This document shows, piece by piece, positions 11,185 to 30,877 of a DNA stretch of 64,000 nt. The translations under genes were made by a program, and so were the position numbers. Below the pieces are notes generated by a model that saw nothing but the letters and a program-made list of their open reading frames with translations, searched no databases and was not told the DNA's origin. This stretch comes from Macrostomum lignano. Taxonomy: Eukaryota. Where the stretch lies: NCBI GenBank assembly GCA_002269645.1, contig NIVC01000222.1, positions 248,001 through 312,000 of the forward strand, given 5' to 3'. Within the stretch, counting starts at the first letter, position 1. Every line of letters begins with the position of its first letter.

Positions 11185-13280
11185 TGTCTCTATCTGCCTC
11201 TATCTCTACCTTGTTTCTATCCGCCTCTATCTCTACCTGTCTCTATCCGCCTCTATCTCTGCCCTGTCTCTATCCGCCTCTATCTCTGCCCTGTCTCTAT
11301 CCGCCTCTATCTCTGCCCTGTCTCTATCCACCTCTATCTCTACCGTGTCTCTATCCACCTCTATCTCTACCGTGTCTCTATCCACCTCTATCTCTACCGT
11401 GTCTCTATCCACCTCTATCTCTACCGTGTCTCTATCTGCCTCTATCTCTACCGTGTCTCTATCCACCTCTATCTCTACCGTGTCTCTATCTGCCTCTATC
11501 TCTACCGTGTCTCTATCCACCTCTATCTCTACCGTGTCTCTATCTGCCTCTATCTCTACCGTGTCTCTATCCACCTCTATCTCTACCGTGTCTCTATCCA
11601 CCTCTATCTCTACCGTGTCTCTATCCACCTCTATCTCTACCGTGTCTCTATCCACCTCTATCTCTGCCCTGTCTCTATCCGCCTCTATCTCTGCCCTGTC
11701 TCTATCCACCTCTATCTCTGCCCTGTCTCTATCCACCTCTATCTCTACCGTGTCTCTATCCACCTCTATCTCTACCGTGTCTCTATCCACCTCTATCTCT
11801 ACCGTGTCTCTATCCACCTCTATCTCTACCGTGTCTCTATCCACCTCTATCTCTACCGTGTCTCTATCCACCTCTATCTCTACCGTGTCTCTATCTGCCT
11901 CTATCTCTACCGTGTCTCTATCCACCTCTATCTCTACCGTGTCTCTATCCACCTCTATCTCTACCGTGTCTCTATCCACCTCTATCTCTACCGTGTCTCT
12001 ATCCACCTCTATCTCTACCGTGTCTCTATCTGCCTCTATCTCTACCGTGTCTCTATCCACCTCTATCTCTACCGTGTCTCTATCCACCTCTATCTCTACC
12101 GTGTCTCTATCCACCTCTATCTCTACCGTGTCTCTATCCACCTCTATCTCTGCCCTGTCTCTATCCGCCTCTATCTCTGCCCTGTCTCTATCCGCCTCTA
12201 TCTCTACCGTGTCTCTATCCACCTCTATCTCTACCGTGTCTCTATCCACCTCTATCTCTACCGTGTCTCTATCCACCTCTATCTCTACCGTGTCTCTATC
12301 TGCCTCTATCTCTACCGTGTCTCTATCCACCTCTATCTCTACCGTGTCTCTATCCACCTCTATCTCTACCGTGTCTCTATCCACCTCTATCTCTACCGTG
12401 TCTCTATCCACCTCTATCTCTGCCCTGTCTCTATCCGCCTCTATCTCTGCCCTGTCTCTATCCACCTCTATCTCTGCCCTGTCTCTATCCACCTCTATCT
12501 CTACCGTGTCTCTATCCACCTCTATCTCTACCGTGTCTCTATCCACCTCTATCTCTACCGTGTCTCTATCCACCTCTATCTCTACCGTGTCTCTATCCAC
12601 CTCTATCTCTACCGTGTCTCTATCTGCCTCTATCTCTACCGTGTCTCTATCCACCTCTATCTCTACCGTGTCTCTATCCACCTCTATCTCTACCGTGTCT
12701 CTATCCACCTCTATCTCTACCGTGTCTATCCACCTCTATCTCTACCGTGTCTCTATCTGCCTCTATCTCTACCGTGTCTCTATCCACCTCTATCTCTACC
12801 GTGTCTCTATCCACCTCTATCTCTACCGTGTCTCTATCTGCCTCTATCTCTACCGTGTCTCTATCCACCTCTATCTCTACCGTGTCTCTATCTGCCTCTA
12901 TCTCTACCCTGTCTCTATCCACCTCTATCTCTACCGTGTCTCTATCCACCTCTATCTCTACCGTGTCTCTATCTGCCTCTATCTCTACCGTGTCTCTATC
13001 CACCTCTATCTCTACCCTGTCTCTATCCACCTCTATCTCTACCGTGTCTCTATCTGCCTCTATCTCTACCGTGTCTCTATCCACCTCTATCTCTACCGTG
13101 TCTCTATCTGCCTCTATCTCTACCCTGTCTCTATCCACCTCTATCTCTACCGTGTCTCTATCCACCTCTATCTCTACCGTGTCTCTATCTGCCTCTATCT
13201 CTACCGTGTCTCTATCCACCTCTATCTCTACCCTGTCTCTATCCACCTCTATCTGAACCCTTTCTATCCGCCTCTATCTC
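11185..13280. repeat. Minisatellite, 27 bp unit (GTCTCTATCCACCTCTATCTCTACCGT), ~75-80 copies
   Basis: Starts about 40 bp after the ARB2A stop. A 2 bp deletion near 12725 shifts all the repeat ORFs. Confidence 0.95.
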
Positions 13281-13573
13281 CATCCGGTTTCTCTATCTTT
13301 ATCCGCCTGTATATGGCCATGTTTATATAGGCGTCCTTTTAACGTTCAGTTTTTTACATTAATAAGCCATTCATTATATATTTGCTATGTTAATCGCATT
13401 TCATGGATAATAGCTAACTAATGTGCAGTTTATTTGTGTTTGTAAATAAATATTTCGTATTCATCTTCAGTTATAGAAAGTGCACATTCAAGTTTTACTA
13501 TGTATTTGTCAAAATTTTTATTTAGTTTTTTGATATCGGGTTTAGCCATAGACTAAGAATATGAGCCTAAAAC

Positions 13574-13942
13574 CATAGATCTTATATTCCCTAGATACGC
13601 CACTCAGCGACCACAAGCACACCCATAGAGCCTTTGTATTTCTTGAAAGAATTTAGCGACCACGGTATCAGGTCAGTAGCTTGTGCGCGTATTAAGGTAG
13701 CCTCGAATTCAGCGCTATTTTGCCAATTTGTTTGATAGCAAAGAGCAAGGAAGCAAGGACTGTGTCTGTTGCCAATATTTTTGCAACCACGGCAACAGTA
13801 TGTCTATGTCTCTTTAAGCTACTGACCTCAGACTTGTCTCAAACGCTGTCGGCTTAATTAAATTTTTCTTGCAATTTGCGTGGTCGGTCTTTTGCTATTG
13901 AATGCACTGAGAGTGGCCTATCTAGGGAATATAAGATCTATG
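13574..13942. mobile_element. Non-autonomous DNA transposon (MITE), P-like or hAT, with an 8 bp TSD
   Basis: TIR CATAGATCTTATATTCCCTAGATA(C/G)GCCACTC, 31/32 identical (13574-13605 and 13911-13942). Perfect TSD CCTAAAAC at 13566-13573 and 13943-13950. Confidence 0.88.
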
Positions 13943-14956
13943 CCTAAAACTGCTGGCAATATAACATTAACATAGAATTTTGCATGTCAATAACATTGTC
14001 ATTAACTTAATCAATGCAAGAAATTTGCGGGTAACCGTGTGGAAATTCGCGGGCGCTTTGTTAGAGATAGGCAGAAAGTTGAGAAAGTCTATGGTCGAAG
14101 GCTATTTATTTCGGTGGATGGGCAAATCTTTGTGCCATAGACTAAACACTCGGATTAATGGAGAGGACGGGGCTATGGAGCCGCGTTTTGAAGCAACGAT
14201 TCTAGAAAGTTCTGTCTGTCTAATCAACTACTGACTAAGAATGTTGAACTATGCGAATCTGCCCGACCAACTTATCAGTGGTCTGTCAACAGAGGAGTTG
14301 AATTGGGTGTCGTCAGAGTCAGCAACCCGCTATTTGGAAGAATTGAGTGGCGAGTTCGCTCGACAACTAGACGCTGAAGAGATTCAGGACCTAAGCGAAG
14401 ATGTGCTTGAGGAACTTTAAGAAATTGAACGAGAAGGAATCCGGAATCAGTGAGACAAGGGCTATTGAAACCAAGTATGGAAAACGGCAATAAGAGCCGG
14501 CTGCAATCGTCGTGAACTTCAACGGGGCCTTCCAGAATTGCACGTTTAATCTAACTGGAGTTGTTAAGCAGTAGCTTGGAAAAAGTAAAACGTCGTTTGA
14601 TTGAATGAACTAAACTAACAAGCCGAAAATTGTTGCGTTACTGTTACGAAATTATAAAAGTGCGAAAGCGTAAAAGAAAACAAAATAATAATCCTATAAA
14701 AGTATAATTTCTTTTAAAATATAAAAGCATACTTGGTTGGAACTTGTTTCACCATAGACTACAAAAATTCGAGACGAAATTTCGTTCATTGATACCCCGA
14801 AAAGGGACACTTGAGCTCAGAAAAGTTAATGACAATCCATTTGCCATAGACGTAGAGAAGATTTGCGCGCAGTTGTGGGAGCAGCGCTGCCACTGGAAAG
14901 TGCCTAGTAACTAGTTAAGAATCTGGCCTATCTGTATTAGCAAATTGAGAAGCAAA

Positions 14957-16750
14957 ATGCAGACTGAAGTCGAAGAAGCGACAGGCGTCAATAGCAAAGA
15001 CTCGCAGGTGCAAGATGAAGCGATATTGTCCGATGATTCAGCTGATTGGGTGAGCGAGAACAGCTCAAAATCCACTGTGATTGAGGAGGCTGAAAAGCGC
15101 TTCAATGCTGGAGGCTTGGCTGTGCGCTTTGTGCTGCTACTAATCTGCGCGTACCTTGGCGTTCGAGTGTACCTGGTGTACAGGTTGGTACGTCTGATGC
15201 ACACCCTTCGGCGGATGCTGGATACGCTTCGACCGGCTCTGGGAGATGAAGCAACCGGTGAAGTCTTGAAAAGTTTCAGAATCATGCCGAGCATCATCTG
15301 TTTGTTGGTTAGTCTGCGTGCTGTGTGCTCCGGTCATTGAGTAGACTCAAGCCCCTGTCTCTGCCAACATTGAGTAGACTCTCAAGCCCCTGTCTCTGCC
15401 AACATTGAGTAGACTCTCAAGCCCCTGTCTCTGCCAACATTGAGTAGACTCTCAAGCCCCTGTCTCTGCCAACATTGAGTAGACTCTCAAGCCCCTGTCT
15501 CTGCCAACATTGAGTAGACTCTCAAGCCCCTGTCTCTGCCAACATTGAGTAGACTCTCAAGCCCTTGTCTCTGCCAACATTGAGTAGACTCTCAAGCCCT
15601 TGTCTCTGCCAACATTGAGTAGACTCTCAAGCCCTTGTCTCTGCAAACATTGAGTAGACTCTCAAGCCCTTGTCTCTGCAAACATTGAGTAGACTCTCAA
15701 GCCCCTGTCTCTGCCAACATTGAGTAGACTCGCATCATCTCTACAAACATTGAGTAAACTCAAGCCCCTATCTCTGCCAACATTGAGTAGACTTTAAAGC
15801 CCCTATCTCTGCCAACATTGAGTAGACTTTCAAGCCCCTGTCTCTGCCAACATTGAGTAGACTCTCAAGCCCCTGTCTCTGCCAACATTGAGTAGACTCT
15901 CAAGCCCCTGTCTCTGCCAACATTGAGTAGACTCTCAAGCCCCTGTCTCTGCCAACATTGAGTAGACTCTCAAGCCCCTATCTCTGCAGACACTGAAAGT
16001 CAACATCTACCTAGCTGACATTGGGCTAACTATAAAATATTTAATGTGACTTGTAAGCCAAAGTATTCAATTGCACTGCACCAACATGCACACCCGCAGT
16101 CATTCAGCCTGGCAGTAACTTTAGGCCTATTCGCTGCACTTTTCTACACTGCATTTGTCCAACCAATCCGACAGAATCGCTGCAACACGGCGTTGCACAC
16201 TGACAGACAGAAGATCTCACCCCAGCAAATCAAATGCCTTTTTAGAACAATGGGCACTTTAATGTTCTATTTTGTTCTACTGCCTGAAGCTGTCTTAGCG
16301 TTGGTTCTGTCTGACAATGTCACCGCTACAGGCACACTGGTTGACAGGCGAGTCAGAACGGGAGCAGTTTCGTCAGATGCTGTTCTGTCTATCAGTGGCA
16401 GCTTTGGTTGCAACCTGAGCCACATTGTCAGCTGTTGGGAACTGGACGAGGCCAACATGACTCGGGTGTCAAGAGGATTCTACCTGCCAATACGACAACA
16501 CCTGCAACAGGCCCATCTGCCTGAGTCATTCAGTCAAATGCTGATGATTTTGGTATCCTTTCTGGTTACTCATTTGATTCGAGGTCGGGGCATTTGGGAG
16601 GTGGATCATAGGCTGCTGCTACAGCAGAATGAGCTCATCAGACTGAATGAGCAGAGATTAGTTGAGCAGAGGCGCTCAGCTGGACTGGTGATTAATGCGC
16701 AGAATACCGACAGCAGGGCCGACGGATGGCGTAAGAATAAACACGTTTGA
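14957..16750 (+). CDS. Uncharacterised multi-pass (about 4 TM) membrane protein, ~333 aa
   Basis: Exons 14957-15307 (donor GTTAGT) and 16100-16750 (acceptor CCCGCAG), joined in phase 0. Acidic N-terminus, four hydrophobic segments, a Cys-containing loop with N-x-T/S sites before the last segment, and AATAAA at ~16799. Confidence 0.62.
15337..15990. repeat. Intronic minisatellite, 35 bp unit
   Basis: CATTGAGTAGACTCTCAAGCCCCTGTCTCTGCCAA, about 18 copies. Confidence 0.92.
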
Positions 16751-17189
16751 TTTTCTTGTATAAACTTAATTGTGGAGATGCTTGTGAAGTTACTAATCAA
16801 TAAAATCAATATTTATACATTGTAGCTCGATCTGCGTTTCAATGTTTTGAAAATGTTTTTCAACTTGCGACCTTAATATGGACATCATAAGTGAACGTGT
16901 CAAATGGGTGTGCAACAGGTGTCAAAAATGTGTCAGATGTCAAAATCTGTGCCACTGACTCAATGGTTATAAAACAGGTGTCACAAGTACTTATTAAGTT
17001 ATTAAGCTAGTCTGAGTTGAAACAAGCATTATATTTGCAACTGGATAATATAAAGCAGGCTTTAAAGTCCGTCGGTTGGCTTGGGGTTGGATTGAATTGT
17101 AATAATTTACTTGATTCTAATCATGCACTGAGTATGCTGAGCACAAAATGCGTGTACACGTGCTGCACTGTACAATAGAGGCGCACTAA

Positions 17190-17295
17190 TTAGCCAATCA
17201 GAATCCAACGGGGTTTGACTGCGATAAATCATTAATTAACACGGAAAGCGAGAGAAACGGAGAACAACTAACTGCATAGAAGTCACGTGACGGCA
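17190..17295 (+). promoter_or_regulatory. Candidate promoter elements of the RhoGAP gene
   Basis: CCAAT box at 17194-17198 and palindromic E-box GTCACGTGAC at 17282-17291, about 160-260 bp upstream of the ATG at 17450. Confidence 0.35.
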
Positions 17296-17449
17296 AATAG
17301 GACGTACATTACAGCTTGTCAGGCCCATTGCTAAAGCTTCCAATGCATAGTGCTCAAGTCAGTCGGTAGAAAGAGTTGCTAGCAAAATTACACAAAGCCA
17401 TCCACTGAGTGCAAGTTCAAGCCAACAGAATTCAGAATAATTTCCAATT

Positions 17450-24480
<7,031 letters not shown>

Positions 24481-25109
24481 TGCATTCGTACGAGTAGTTT
24501 GATAGACTGCTGGATCAGCTGATTGATGATATATTTTTAATCAACACCTTGGATTCGGTTAAGACCTTTCTAGTCCCATAGTTGGTGCTGGCTCCGGATT
24601 CTGTGCATTTGTTATAATCAGTGATGTTCAGCCATTTTCACTTTTATGAAAATTTGGTTCTTCAGCTACGAGCGAATCCCGCCTTGCCGTGATTTTTAAC
24701 ACTATTCTTATTTATTGTCAGTTATTCCACCGATTCTATGGTAGCGTAGATCTGACGTCACTTTTGTAAATATACGCGGGCTATTTGAAAGCCCAATTGC
24801 TACTTATTAAAGTGAGTAGTATATAATTGACTTCTACAGGATAAATAACAAAAAAATATTGAATCATTAAAAATTGTTCTAATTGACTAGATAAGGACTT
24901 TATCATATGCACTATTAGTGCAAACCTACGGTAAAGGTTAAAAACAAAGTTTTTGGGCACCGATGGCAATATGAAAAGCATTTTGTAAATACACTCGCAC
25001 ATGTTATTGCATGAGGTTTTGCCCTATACGAACTGATCCGCTATAGAGGCAGGAACACAATCACTTGGGGGATTGATTTCTGAGAAAATTTTCAATTCAA
25101 TAATAATAA

Positions 25110-25395
25110 TATTAATATTATTAATGATAATAATATAGTGAATTACAGCAGTCCTTGGACAGCTCAGCCGCAGGTATTGCGCTAAAGGCTGCGTACGGCT
25201 GTTCAGTCCAAAGACTGGGGGTCGCCACACACATCCTCAATTACCTAATTGTAATACTGGCACCCATTTTTACAGCTGGGTGAACTGAAGCAATGCAGAG
25301 TTAAGTGTCTTGCTTATGGACACAAATTGGATCGAGAATCGAACCCCCGACCTTCAAATCTGAGTCCGACGCTCTAACCACTAGGCTGCAACCCC
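25110..25395 (-). mobile_element. tRNA-derived CORE-type SINE, near full length
   Basis: On the - strand: A box, B box GGTTCGATTC, CORE-like block, a 3' segment shared with the 53.5 kb copy, and a (TTA)n-like tail. Confidence 0.82.
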
Positions 25396-25599
25396 TGGCT
25401 AATATTATTCAATTAAAACCAATAACCAATAAAAACAATCATCAATGGTCGAAAAGTGGGTGTAACACTTCATTCGATTTGTGATACTCCATACTCAATA
25501 AAGAATGGATTACAAGTTATATTACTCTACATGTACTCAATTGGGATTGTCGGTGTAGAATACAAAGTCAATTCGTGAGGTACGCGTGGCTTTCACAGG

Positions 25600-28584
25600 T
25601 TACAGCTGGCTAGTCAGGTGGCATGACTCTTCGTCATCCAACCGATTGCCGTCAAGTTCTGCAACCGCTCTGACGCTATCCGGCACCAGCTGAAGTCTGT
25701 GCTCAGCTGCGGCTTCTGTCTGCGAGCAGGAGCGCTGCAACCTGGCAGTTGTTGAGGCTGAGGTCATTACTCGCGTGTCTGCGCAGGTATGCGATCTGCG
25801 AATACAGGAGGATTGTATGAAGTGCGCAAAACATATTTTCGGTTGGATGATTTTAGAAGACGAAAGAAGAAAAAGTATATGTTGTTTAAAATTATTTTTT
25901 TAATTTTCTCTCTTCCATGGGTTGCTATTAATTATTATTCTACCTGACGTAGTCAGAAGTTGATGATGCTGCAAAAATAAAGAATACTTCCTAACATATT
26001 GGGGCTGCAGGCGTGAATAAAAGAGGACATTCGGCGATGGAGAGTGACTCTAGGAGCGACACTGGGTGGTACGGTGACAGTGGATACTGGATGGTAGTGA
26101 CAGTGGATGGTAGAGAGTGACAGTGCATGGTAGAGAGTGACAGTGGATGGTAGAGAGTGACCGTGGATGGAAGAGAGTGACAGTGGATGGTAGGGAGTGA
26201 CAGTGAATAGTAGGGAGTGACAGTGGATGGTAGAGAGTGACAGTGGATGGTAGGGAGTGACAGTGGATGGTAGAGAGTGACAGTGGATGGTAGAGAGTGA
26301 CAGTGGATGGTAGGGAGTGACAGTGGATGGTAGGGAGTGACAGTGGATGGTAGAGAGTGACAGTGGATGGTAGAGAGTGACAGTGGATGTTACAGTGACA
26401 GTGGATGGTAGAGAGTGACAGTGGATGGTAGGGAGTGACAGTGGATGGTAGAGAGTGACAGTGGATGTTACAGTGACAGTGGATGGTAGAGAGTGACAGT
26501 GGATGGTAGGGAGTGACAGTGGATGGTAGGGAGTGACAGTGGATGGTAGGGAGTGACAGTGGATGGTAGGGAGTGACAGTGGATGGTAGAGAGTGACAGT
26601 GGATGGTAGGGAGTGACAGTGGATGGTAGAGAGTGACAGTGGATGTTAAAGTGACAGTGGATGGTAGGGAGTGACAGTGGATGGTAGAGAGTGACAGTGG
26701 ATGGTAGGGAGTGACAGTGGATAGTAGGGAGTGACAGTGGATGGTAGGGAGTGACAGTGGATGGTAGGGAGTGACAGTGGATGTTACAGTGACAGTGGAT
26801 GGTAGAGAGTGACAGTGGATGGTAGAGAGTGACAGTGGATGGTAGAGAGTGACAGTGGATGGTAGAGAGTGACAGTGGATAGTAGGGAGTGACAGTGGAT
26901 GGTAGGGAGTGACAGTGGATGGTAGGGAGTGACAGTGGATGGTAGGGAGTGACAGTGGATGGTAGAGAGTGACTGTGGATGGTAGGGAGTGACAGTGGAT
27001 GGTAGGGAGTGACAGTGGATGGTAGGGAGTGACAGTGGATGGTAGAGAGTGACTGTGGATGGTAGAGAGTGACAGTGGATGGTAGGGAGTGACAGTGGAT
27101 GGTAGGGAGTGACAGTGGATGGTAGGGAGTGACAGTGGATGGTAGGGAGTGACAGTGGATGGTAGAGAGTGACAGTGGATGGTAGGGAGTGACAGTGGAT
27201 GGTAGAGAGTGACAGTGGATGTTAAAGTGACAGTGGATGGTAGGGAGTGACAGTGGATGGTAGAGAGTGACAGTGGATGGTAGGGAGTGACAGTGGATAG
27301 TAGGGAGTGACAGTGGATGGTAGGGAGTGACAGTGGATGGTAGGGAGTGACAGTGGATGTTACAGTGACAGTGGATGGTAGAGAGTGACAGTGGATGGTA
27401 GAGAGTGACAGTGGATGGTAGAGAGTGACAGTGGATGGTAGAGAGTGACAGTGGATAGTAGGGAGTGACAGTGGATGGTAGGGAGTGACAGTGGATGGTA
27501 GGGAGTGACAGTGGATGGTAGGGAGTGACAGTGGATGGTAGAGAGTGACTGTGGATGGTAGGGAGTGACAGTGGATGGTAGGGAGTGACAGTGGATGGTA
27601 GGGAGTGACAGTGGATGGTAGAGAGTGACTGTGGATGGTAGGGAGTGACAGTGGATGGTAGGGAGTGACAGTGGATGGTAGGGAGTGACAGTGGATGGTA
27701 GGGAGTGACAGTGGATGGTAGAGAGTGACAGTGGATGGTAGGGAGTGACTTTAAGAGGAAGTTTAAAGTACCGTGAGAGAAAGGAACCAATTTAGTGCCT
27801 GTTCGGACACTGCACAGAAGACGTTGAACAACTGAGTCCTGGAAGCGAGTATTCACCTGGTCAAACCGGTGCTTTTGCCACCGCTCTCTCTGTCGAACAC
27901 GACATCTGCAGCGCCCGCCCCATCATCCAGAGCAGACTGTGAGCACCGCAGAGTTCCAGCCAGCAGCAACGACGCTCGCGAGTCTCTGGCGTGCGGATTC
28001 TGCAGCACGCCGACATCGGACGGCGGTTCTTCATCCGACGACTGGCATCGACGTACGCGTCGCTCGCCGCTCGACGCATCGACGCAGATCTGCAGGCGCG
28101 GCAGGCTGCACAGAGCCAGCGGAGTGTAGCACAGCTCCGCCTCAGATCTCTGCCGCCAGCCGAAATAGCCCAGATCGATCTCTCGCTCCTCGCTCAAGAA
28201 GTCGCCCAACTCCAAATCGGAGTCGTCGGCAGCAATATCGTCGTCCTGGTCACTTTTCTGCAGCACAAAGACTGTGTTCTTCTTCTTGCAGAAGACGATG
28301 ACCGCCGCTGTGAGGCTCATGCTGACAAACAGAAGGACACCGCCAATCACCAATACCCCGGCTAGGGATCTGTCTATGTGGAAGCTGGTCTCGGCCGAGT
28401 GCGAGCGAATCCCGCCTAAGCGATTCGAGCTGAACGCCGGGTGCCGTGGGTAGTACCGCTGCGGCGGCGGTGGCTGCGGAGGAGGAGGAGTTGCCGTTGT
28501 GCTCAGCATGGTGGGAAACTGCGACGAGTGTGCTGCTGAGACAGCTCTGCCCAGCAACGGTCCAGGAGTAGTCGTCGTCGTCAT
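25600..28584 (-). CDS. Single-pass membrane protein with a Thr/Pro-rich N-terminus and an acidic tail, ~307 aa from the ATG at 28584
   Basis: Exon 28584-27857 (donor GTGAAT, phase 2) and exon 25795-25600 (acceptor ATTCGCAG, ends ...TSQL*). TM segment LAGVLVIGGVLLFVSMSLTAAVIVFC followed by KKK. An upstream acceptor at 28616 leaves the true start uncertain. Confidence 0.65.
26075..27750. repeat. Intronic minisatellite, 20 bp unit (GTGACAGTGGATGGTAGGGA)
   Basis: About 80 copies with 18 bp variants and higher-order blocks. Confidence 0.94.
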
Positions 28585-28647
28585 GGTTGTCAGAGCCTCG
28601 ATGACCAGTGTTTTCCTGTAGGATTTAGAAATGGGTAGGTGCAGTAT

Positions 28648-28760
28648 TCTGGTAGTCTGGTAGTCTGGTAGTCTGGTACTCTGGTACTCTAGTACTCTGG
28701 TACTCTGATACTCTGGTACTCTAGTATTCTGGTACTCTGATAAGTCTGGTACTCGTAGGG
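28648..28760. repeat. 8 bp tandem repeat (CTGGTACT/CTGGTAGT)
   Basis: About 13 copies just upstream of the 28616 acceptor. Confidence 0.85.
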
Positions 28761-30877
28761 TGGTTCTTGTAGTGGCTAAATGATAACATTTGGATGCCTT
28801 CTTATTTCGTGCACATTTTTCCTTCAATATTTCAAAGAGTTCAAAGTGTCATGACCAGCAAGAAGATTTGTTGTCAACTTCGTGAAACATTAATGTTTGA
28901 CTGTTTATAGTAGAACTTCCGCTGCGCCATATGCCTTGCCTTATACATTTAGACTGGAGACGGGGTCGCTTTGTTTAAACAGCTTGCGCGATTCCGGTTG
29001 ATCCATGCCAACACATTCAAGCCACCTGCCTGTCTGCTGCTGTGATTCTTGCGCCGGCTGCGCTGTTATTTCGGCGACAGGGCCGTGTGTTTTTCACTAT
29101 TCTTGCAGTCACACAGAAGGAAAGCTGCTTGTGAAGAAGGACGACCGATTCTCTCTTCCCCTCTCTCTCAATCCGACCCCCTCCTTGTCCTGTCGCCGTG
29201 ACTGACAGTTGAAGAGTCAGCGCGGTGCCATGCCGCCATGCGCTACCCATTCATCATTTCATCTTCGCTTCGGACTGGAGGCTCTGCCTGTATATGAAGG
29301 CGGCGGTTTTTTTCTGGTAGTTTATTTTCCCTTGGGAAATCTGCATTAGCAAAGTCGTCGCCGCAGTCTGCACGGGGCTCTGTCAGCTTCTTCTTCTTTT
29401 TTCTGTAGAGGAGTTCCTCAATTCCGATCCGTTTCTGCGCTAAGAAACGCCTCATAGCTGCAAGGACTAACTAGAACTCCACATTTGGGACTTGGGTCCC
29501 GAGAGTGGGCCACGGGGAGGGCGCGGCGGGCCATTAGACAGGGATTCAGTGGCTGGTGAGAAAATATGGCTTGGAGAAGCTTCGAATTCTGACCGAACTT
29601 TTTCTGCCCTGATCGAGGTATCGAAAAAGTTCTCCTCGGGGCGCGATTTTTTCGAGGTGGGGGCTGGGGTAGGTTTATCGGCTTCATTAATTCTCGGGGC
29701 GATATCTCCTTACACTGCGACACAGTTCTCCAGAGGTTGCCTTTCTCCATCTGTGTGTCGCACCAAACAAGGTTTTTTTGGTTGATGCTTTCTTTCAAAG
29801 CAGAATCCCTGGATAAACTAAACACTGACTAGATAAGCTCGTTACTGATACATTCCTGCAGGCTATAGGGGCTGAATGAGAGGCCCTAAAAAACTTCCAT
29901 TTGCTTTCACAGACAGCTCTTTGGATAGACAGGGAAGATTGATTGGTCTTATTGAGGCGATCATCTGCGCAGGACTTCAACATTTCTTTCTATTTGTAGT
30001 TTTTGTCCCTCCATCCAAGAAGCAGAGCAAACTCAATCAGGGCCGCTGTGTTGAGAACTGTGGAGACTGATGCAAGCTGGTGCAGGAAAGCAAATCAGTG
30101 AGGACACTGAGGCTTTTTCCGCATGCGGAAATAGCTCTTTTCCCACGCCACAAATTAATTAAGTGCCGGCTTTGCATCATCGACTCGAACAAATTCTGCA
30201 CAGTTACTAAATTGGTATATTCCAATTCCAATGCGTCAACCTACTGCAGACCATATATGGAAGCGAATACAAACGGTCCATGCACAAAAAGGTTTTTAAA
30301 AATTCTTACACAAAAGTTAGTGAAAAACTCGGTAAAAGTTCGATAATATCGACTGTTTTTTCGTTTTGAAAAGGTTCAGCAGCATTGATTTCTCGTTCCC
30401 GTTTATAATCTTTGCTATGCACTCCACAGACAGTATGTGTTGTTGCAAGTTACAAGTCACGGATGGCGAAAATTGTCACCTATGGCCACTCTCACGACTT
30501 GAGATGCTATCGGAAGACTCATTGTACGAGTGTGTCAAATTATAGAACATGGTGTGGGATCCAAAATAAATACTCGTACTCTAGGCAAGAAATCTTCACA
30601 GGAAAAAATAAACGTTTTGAAAGTTGATTTCCTAAGCCTTAATTCTAGGAGAGAAAATCGTGAATATTACGAGCGTACTTTCAAAGTTTTAATTTCGTTC
30701 TCGTTGACATCAAAACTTGACAGTTTAGTTGCAAAGTGTTGATTATAATTACTCCTCTAATACTCGAATCAAAACTCGAAAGCTCAGCCCTTGGTCAGTA
30801 GTCATCACTCACCCCTTGGAGTATCAAAAGTCAAAGTCTCTTTAGTTCTGCTGTGGTGGTGGCGGCTTGACGATACC

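Noticed and set aside
11157-13330. Four long ORFs (up to 699 aa) on both strands
   Set aside because: They are translations of a stop-free 27 bp minisatellite. They lie after the ARB2A stop, and a 2 bp deletion swaps the frames.
13547-14093. Outer element bounded by CCATAGACT...AGTCTATGG around the MITE
   Set aside because: Only a 9 bp inverted match, with no target-site duplication.
29243-30346. Short overlapping ORFs on both strands, possibly a decayed gene or transposase
   Set aside because: Multiple stops and frame changes, and no recognisable domain or consistent splice structure.
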